In this document: one piece after another, positions 59,337-64,000 of the stretch
Position numbering within the stretch: position 1 is the first letter of the stretch
Layout: the number at the start of each line of letters is the position of its first letter
Origin: Candidatus Kerfeldbacteria bacterium
Lineage (GTDB): Bacteria > Patescibacteriota > Patescibacteriia > SBBC01
NCBI GenBank assembly: GCA_016207275.1
Contig: JACQPY010000014.1
Span: forward strand, 6,035 to 70,034
Direction: 5' to 3'
Length of the DNA: 64,000 bases
Notes under the pieces: generated by a model
What the model was told of the DNA's origin: nothing
Database searches by the model: none
Seen by the model: the letters and a program-made list of their open reading frames with translations, nothing else
Made by a program: the position numbers and the translations under genes

Positions 59337-59820
59337 AGGTGGCCTCCTGGCTCGGTCCGTATAAAAATCCGTACATTTTTTTCCGGAAATAGTGGCCGCC
59401 GCTGGCCAGCAAATCAGTTAACCAAACGACGTTGTCGGCCATCCACACCACCCAGGCTTCAAGCGAGGCTGGCCGGATCCGACCGTACGGCCACATGTGG
59501 GTGGCAATAATGTCGGTCACGGCCGCCGGCTCGCCGAGGCCGCGAGCGTTGCGGGCGGCGATCTGGGGATGATGGACATTAGCGCCAACGCGATTCTGGT
59601 GCTCATGGCGATTTTCAAAGTACCAATCGTGCAGCAGGGCGGCGCGGACACAAACGCGAGTGTCGGCCCCGACCAACCGGCCGAGGTAGTAGGACAGCTT
59701 GGCCACGGCCAGGCAATGCTGCAATCGATTGCGGGAAAAGTGGTGCGCGCCGCGCCGAGCCAGGCGCCGCACCTCAGGTCGCTGGAGGAGGTCATCGATG
59801 TAGGATTCAAACCGGCGCAT
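59326..59820 (-). CDS. HD-domain phosphohydrolase inserted between atpF and atpH
   Basis: 'LQHCLAVAKLSYYLG…VRAALLHDW' H…HD metal-binding motif of HD superfamily. Confidence 0.65.
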   Translation of the reverse strand: MRRFESYIDDLLQRPEVRRLARRGAHHFSRNRLQHCLAVAKLSYYLGRLVGADTRVCVRAALLHDWYFENRHEHQNRVGANVHHPQIAARNARGLGEPAAVTDIIATHMWPYGRIRPASLEAWVVWMADNVVWLTDLLASGGHYFRKKMYGFLYGPSQEATYAA

Positions 59821-59821
59821 G

Positions 59822-60319
59822 CTACTTCATCTCCTTGAGTGCTTCGTCAATGAGCTGGCGATCAGCGACCGTATCGAGCTTCACCCGCACCATCTTTTCG
59901 GTTCCGGCGACGATCAGGTCGGCCAGGTCCTGCTTGGCCTCAGCCACGATCGCGTCCTTCATCCGTTGCGCTTCCTTGCTGGCGGCGGTAACGACCGCGG
60001 CTGCTTCGATTTTAGCCTGCTCCCGGGCGCTAGTTAAAAACGTCTCGGCGTCCTGCCGGGCGGCGGCCAGCAACTGCTGGGCCGCGGTCCGCGCTTTGGC
60101 CATTTCAACCTGTTGCTCCGCCGCAAGCTTGGCGCGCTCGGCCTCAATCTCCTTTGCCTGTGCTAAACTCTGCTCGATCGTTTTCGATCGCTTTTCCAGC
60201 GCTCGAACGATCGGACCGTAGGCATACCGCTTCAGCACCCAGAGCAAAATCAGGAAGTTGACGATTTGGGCCAGCAGCAGCTTCCAGTCAATGCCGAGTT
60301 TGGCGAACAAGTCAGACAT
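59822..60319 (-). CDS. atpF: F0F1 ATP synthase subunit b
   Basis: N-terminal TM 'LLLAQIVNFLILLWVL' then long charged helix. Confidence 0.85.
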   Translation of the reverse strand: MSDLFAKLGIDWKLLLAQIVNFLILLWVLKRYAYGPIVRALEKRSKTIEQSLAQAKEIEAERAKLAAEQQVEMAKARTAAQQLLAAARQDAETFLTSAREQAKIEAAAVVTAASKEAQRMKDAIVAEAKQDLADLIVAGTEKMVRVKLDTVADRQLIDEALKEMK

Positions 60320-60404
60320 AGGTTGCGGGTTAAAGGTTACCGGTTGTCAGTTATCAGGAGTGCTCCGAATCCTTCAACGTTCAACGTACAACCGTTAACT
60401 ATCC

Positions 60405-60647
<243 letters not shown>

Positions 60648-60681
60648 TTACTTCGTAATTCATGAATCAAAATCGTGTGGA

Positions 60682-61446
60682 CTAATGCGCTTCTTCCGTG
60701 GTCGCCACTTTCAAGAACACTAAGGTCAGAATGGCAAAGATGAACGCTTGAATCAGGCCGACGAAAATTTCCAAAAACATAAACGGCAGCGGGATCACGA
60801 CCGGCACCAGGAACGCGATGACCACCAGCAGCACTTCGCCGGCAAAGACATTGCCGAACAACCGAAAGGAAAATGAGATAAACTTTGCTAACTCTGAAAT
60901 AAGCTCAATCAGGCCGACGAACGTAAAAATTGGATTTTTAAAATTGAAAAATCGCTTGGCATACTTGGCGGCCGAGATAGCGATGATGCCGAAAATTTGA
61001 GTCGCAATGACCGAGATGATGGCCAAGGCCAAGGTCACGTTCAAGTCGGCGTTGGTCGAGCGGAACAACGGGGTGACGACCTGGTGACCGTTGGCCGTCA
61101 CCGCCAAACTAATCGGACCGATCCCCGGCAGCAAGCCCAGCCAGTTCGACACTAAAATGAAAATGAAAAACGTGAAGACCAGCGGGAAAAACCGCAGGCT
61201 CTGTTTCCGGCCGCCGGTAACGGTATCCATCATTGCCAACGCCCCGTCAATCAACACTTCGGTCACGTTCTGCAACCCCCGCGGCGTCCCCGATCCAGTC
61301 GGGGACCTCATCCGGCGCGAGAGCAGTACCGCGGCCACGATCAGCACGACCGTGCTAACCAGGGACATAAGCAACGTATTGGTTATGGGAAACGACCCAA
61401 GGTGTCCCAGTGTTTCGGCGATCAGTGAAATGTGAACTTCGTTCAT
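60682..61446 (-). CDS. atpB: F0F1 ATP synthase subunit a
   Basis: 5-6 TM; 'SFSFRLFGNVFAGEVLL' conserved Arg region. Confidence 0.9.
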   Translation of the reverse strand: MNEVHISLIAETLGHLGSFPITNTLLMSLVSTVVLIVAAVLLSRRMRSPTGSGTPRGLQNVTEVLIDGALAMMDTVTGGRKQSLRFFPLVFTFFIFILVSNWLGLLPGIGPISLAVTANGHQVVTPLFRSTNADLNVTLALAIISVIATQIFGIIAISAAKYAKRFFNFKNPIFTFVGLIELISELAKFISFSFRLFGNVFAGEVLLVVIAFLVPVVIPLPFMFLEIFVGLIQAFIFAILTLVFLKVATTEEAH

Positions 61447-61451
61447 GTCGG

Positions 61452-61796
61452 CTACTGTTTCGACTGCTTATTGTCCTTAGTGATGAGCTGGCTCAAACGG
61501 GTAACCACCAATATTGATGAAATGATAATGGCCACCACGGCGCCGACCAGGAACAACCATGGACTGGTATCAAGTTTTTGATCGAGGTACCGTCCGCCGA
61601 CGCCCAGCACCACCAGCGGTACCACCACCATGATTCCGAAATCCCAGGCAAAGCCGATGGCCTGCCAGACCATGCCGCGCCCCGTTGCCGCGGCGCTTGG
61701 TTCGGGGTTTTTTGCCTGCCCGCCCGTTATTTCACCATTCGTTTTTTTTGATATTTCTGTCATTTTGGCGCCTACAGAATACTCGAAATCAGCCAC
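61452..61796 (-). CDS. ATP synthase operon protein AtpZ/AtpI-like
   Basis: two TM helices 'GMVWQAIGFAWDFGIMVVVPLVVLGVGGRYLDQ'; first gene of atp operon; GTG start. Confidence 0.6.
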   Translation of the reverse strand: MADFEYSVGAKMTEISKKTNGEITGGQAKNPEPSAAATGRGMVWQAIGFAWDFGIMVVVPLVVLGVGGRYLDQKLDTSPWLFLVGAVVAIIISSILVVTRLSQLITKDNKQSKQ

Positions 61797-61833
61797 CGGC
61801 GCAAGGGTGGCAAAAAGAAATGGCTAAGGTTAG

Positions 61834-61935
61834 CCCCGTTAGAGCTGGCAAGGATGAGAAGTATCGAAATAGGCATGTGCTTGGCTTCTATGCTGGGTTT
61901 TCCGTAGAGTAATATCTTTCCCAGCTCTAACGGGG
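61834..61935. repeat. CCCGTTAGA-family inverted-repeat element, copy 6
   Basis: arms ccccgttagagctgg / ccagctctaacgggg; 72-nt AT-rich core; flanked by gttagc direct repeat. Confidence 0.8.
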
Positions 61936-61950
61936 TTAGCAAAAACTATG

Positions 61951-64000
61951 TTATTCAGTAATAAAGATCGGCAACCGTCGGGCTGGCGGCTTAACGATCC
62001 CAGTGTTTCGAATGGTAATTTGTGTATCCGGTGATCGTGCTACACCAGCACTACAACCAAACGCGATCGCATAAACTATATATGACCCGTCCGGAATACG
62101 CGTCGTATCCCAAATAACCGAATATGGGCTCGTCGCGGACGATCCGATAGCTTGAGGCGCCTCACTTCCTTGTTTGTAAAAGTAATAGACCGAGGGGTTC
62201 TGCAGGCGTTGGACGGTCGACTGCAATGTCGTACTGCCACGCAGCGTATCTCCGGGTTGCGGTGTAACCAGCTGTATCGACGTTGGTCCATTGTTGACGT
62301 TAACCCACACCGTATCTAGTGCGTTATTGCCAGAAACACCAAAGGGCACGCCTGAACGGTCGAAGGCGTTTGCGTAAATGCTGTACGAGCCGTAAGTAAA
62401 ACTATTCGTGTCCCATGTTGTTTCGTACGGCGGGTTCGAAGTCGATGACAACAGTTGAGGCGATGATTCTAGACAGGCGTGCTTGACGCTGAATTCAACG
62501 TGGTCGATTCCGGTCTGCTCATCAGTGGCCGAAGCCCGGATCAACGCTGTTCCGCTGATAGCTTGATTTTCAACTGGCTCGGTAATGTTCACGGTCGGAG
62601 GGATGGTATCAGTTCGTCCGGACAAAACACGGACGGTCAACCGTGCGGTTTCAGGATTGTTAGCGTTGTCAAGCGAGACAGCCTCAATGCCGACGCCGGA
62701 CACGACATCATTTAACCTCGCGCCAACCGGCAAGGACGAATTGAGGTTGCTCGCCTGTTCGCCTGGCGGCACAAAAGCGTCAATCAGTCCGCCGTCAATG
62801 GTAATCGACGCGCCAGCAAACAGATCTCCCTCGTTGTTGAAGCGTGCATCGTAACCAATCGGACGCCGGAACTCAACGTGGAAATAGTCTGGCGTTATGC
62901 CGCGTCGAACCTTCAGCACCTTCAATCCGTTGGATTGAAGTTCAAGCGGCTCGATAACGAACGTTCCTTCAGCTCGTCCCGAAGGGCCGATGGGCAACGA
63001 TTGCGGATCGATTTCCTGAATCATCGACGCCGTCAAAAAATGGAGCTGATCTTTCATCCCGGCATTGCTATGGCCAAGTTGGATGTTGCTCATGACATCA
63101 AACGGATGGCCGTATTCGACCGTTATGCAGTCTTGCCCAAAAACGACCTCGTGAGTCTCGCAGGGGAGAAATTCAGCGTGGGCCCAACCAAGATTGTGAC
63201 CTATTTCATGAGAGAGAACATGTAAGGGCGTATTCTGTGGCGGAACTCCGTTTGGGTTAACGATCGATAGCGAAAGACTAACCAGACCGTCGTTCGTCAA
63301 CATTTCGTAACTGCCGATCGACCCCGAGCCAGATCCTCCGCATGCCTCCTCAAAACCACTGCCATTCACCACAGTCACTCGGTCGAACTGCAAGTAATCG
63401 ACGGTAGCATCAAAATACGGAATTACCGAACTCTGAATGTCCCAGAATGAGCACATTCCAAACGGCACTTCTGTCCAGTCGCTGCGAACCTCACCGGTCA
63501 GGTTCACAGTGCTGTTCGAGTTCTCTCGGTGAAAACTACGTGCGCTATTCGAATCGCCAAATACAAAGTTCTGGACTTCTGCGAAGGTCGGACTCGTCGG
63601 TCTGGAAAAAATTGAAGAGTACAGCATCAGGACCAAGGTGCGTTGGGTTGAAGCGCCACCTTCTTGATCATCCGGTATTTTCCGTGGCGTAACCCCGGTC
63701 GTAACATCTTCAGTCTCGGTGCTGAACGAACTAACCATCACAGCATCATCAAGTCCAAGTCCGCTGACGCTAACCATGCTCCTTGGCAACACTTCCGCTT
63801 CTCCCGATACAAAGAAAAACCGATGGACTTTTCCATTTCCAACGTCAAGTCCGTATTCTTTACGACCCGTACCATCCAAAAACTCGGTGTGTCCGACGAT
63901 CGCTTGACCACTCAGACGTACTGCTTGTTCAACGCACCCTTGGCTGACATCGGATACGAGTTTGCGTTCGTTCTCAGGGAGGAGCACGGGTGAAAGCTGC
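61951..64000 (-). CDS. secreted zinc metallopeptidase with multiple Ig-like domains (5' end beyond window)
   Basis: 'VLSHEIGHNLGWAH' HExxH; repeated beta-sandwich domains toward C-terminus; no signal peptide at the in-window Met so N-terminus probably upstream. Confidence 0.6.
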   Translation of the reverse strand, partial: QLSPVLLPENERKLVSDVSQGCVEQAVRLSGQAIVGHTEFLDGTGRKEYGLDVGNGKVHRFFFVSGEAEVLPRSMVSVSGLGLDDAVMVSSFSTETEDVTTGVTPRKIPDDQEGGASTQRTLVLMLYSSIFSRPTSPTFAEVQNFVFGDSNSARSFHRENSNSTVNLTGEVRSDWTEVPFGMCSFWDIQSSVIPYFDATVDYLQFDRVTVVNGSGFEEACGGSGSGSIGSYEMLTNDGLVSLSLSIVNPNGVPPQNTPLHVLSHEIGHNLGWAHAEFLPCETHEVVFGQDCITVEYGHPFDVMSNIQLGHSNAGMKDQLHFLTASMIQEIDPQSLPIGPSGRAEGTFVIEPLELQSNGLKVLKVRRGITPDYFHVEFRRPIGYDARFNNEGDLFAGASITIDGGLIDAFVPPGEQASNLNSSLPVGARLNDVVSGVGIEAVSLDNANNPETARLTVRVLSGRTDTIPPTVNITEPVENQAISGTALIRASATDEQTGIDHVEFSVKHACLESSPQLLSSTSNPPYETTWDTNSFTYGSYSIYANAFDRSGVPFGVSGNNALDTVWVNVNNGPTSIQLVTPQPGDTLRGSTTLQSTVQRLQNPSVYYFYKQGSEAPQAIGSSATSPYSVIWDTTRIPDGSYIVYAIAFGCSAGVARSPDTQITIRNTGIVKPPARRLPIFITE

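Overview
This 64-kb window is mostly minus-strand housekeeping DNA with about 60% GC. The taxon is not assignable from the sequence; gene content fits an uncultivated, reduced-genome bacterium.

Housekeeping genes recognised:
- ispH, a polyprenyl diphosphate synthase and gatB.
- A compact dTMP/dNTP supercluster: tdk, folA, thyA, tmk, a P-loop kinase with a dNMP-kinase-like loop, and dcd.
- rplA, an inserted membrane protein, rplK, nusG and secE.
- An ABC-2 exporter pair, a LUD-domain gene translationally coupled (ATGA) to a MarR regulator, gyrB, pheT/pheS, and a UvrD-helicase fused to a RecB/Cas4-like nuclease.
- A complete F-type ATPase operon (atpZ-B-E-F-[HD-domain gene]-H-A-[membrane gene]-G-[209-bp IR spacer]-D-C) carrying three unusual insertions.

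Accessory content:
- A small island with a Mu Gam-like protein, a frameshifted membrane gene and two tiny tandem ORFs.
- A ~0.95-kb segment bracketed by duplicated HAD-hydrolase start sequence.
- A low-GC (~38%) hicB/hicA-like toxin-antitoxin plus GIY-YIG island.
- A plus-strand cluster of eight thiol-redox / metal-binding membrane genes (two thioredoxin-like, YHS/TRASH, CC-pair DsbD_2-like, redoxin) behind a CTACTAC-N5-GTAGTAG operator that also sits in front of a dsbA-like gene.
- Two small hydrophobic peptide genes sharing a C-terminus, split by an IS200/RAYT-like transposase fragment, upstream of a FtsX/MacB-type ABC exporter.
- A possible VKOR-like protein, a FabH-like gene, a 1595-aa surface protein and a protein with a T9SS-type C-terminal sorting domain.

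The most striking pattern is a family of at least seven 75-160-bp intergenic elements with conserved CCCGTTAGA / TCTAACGGG terminal inverted repeats. Their arm extensions covary to keep pairing, their cores are AT-rich, at least four copies are flanked by 4-6-bp direct repeats, and every copy sits immediately 5' of a gene (several abut the start codon). This is MITE/REP-like.

No rRNA, tRNA or CRISPR array was found.
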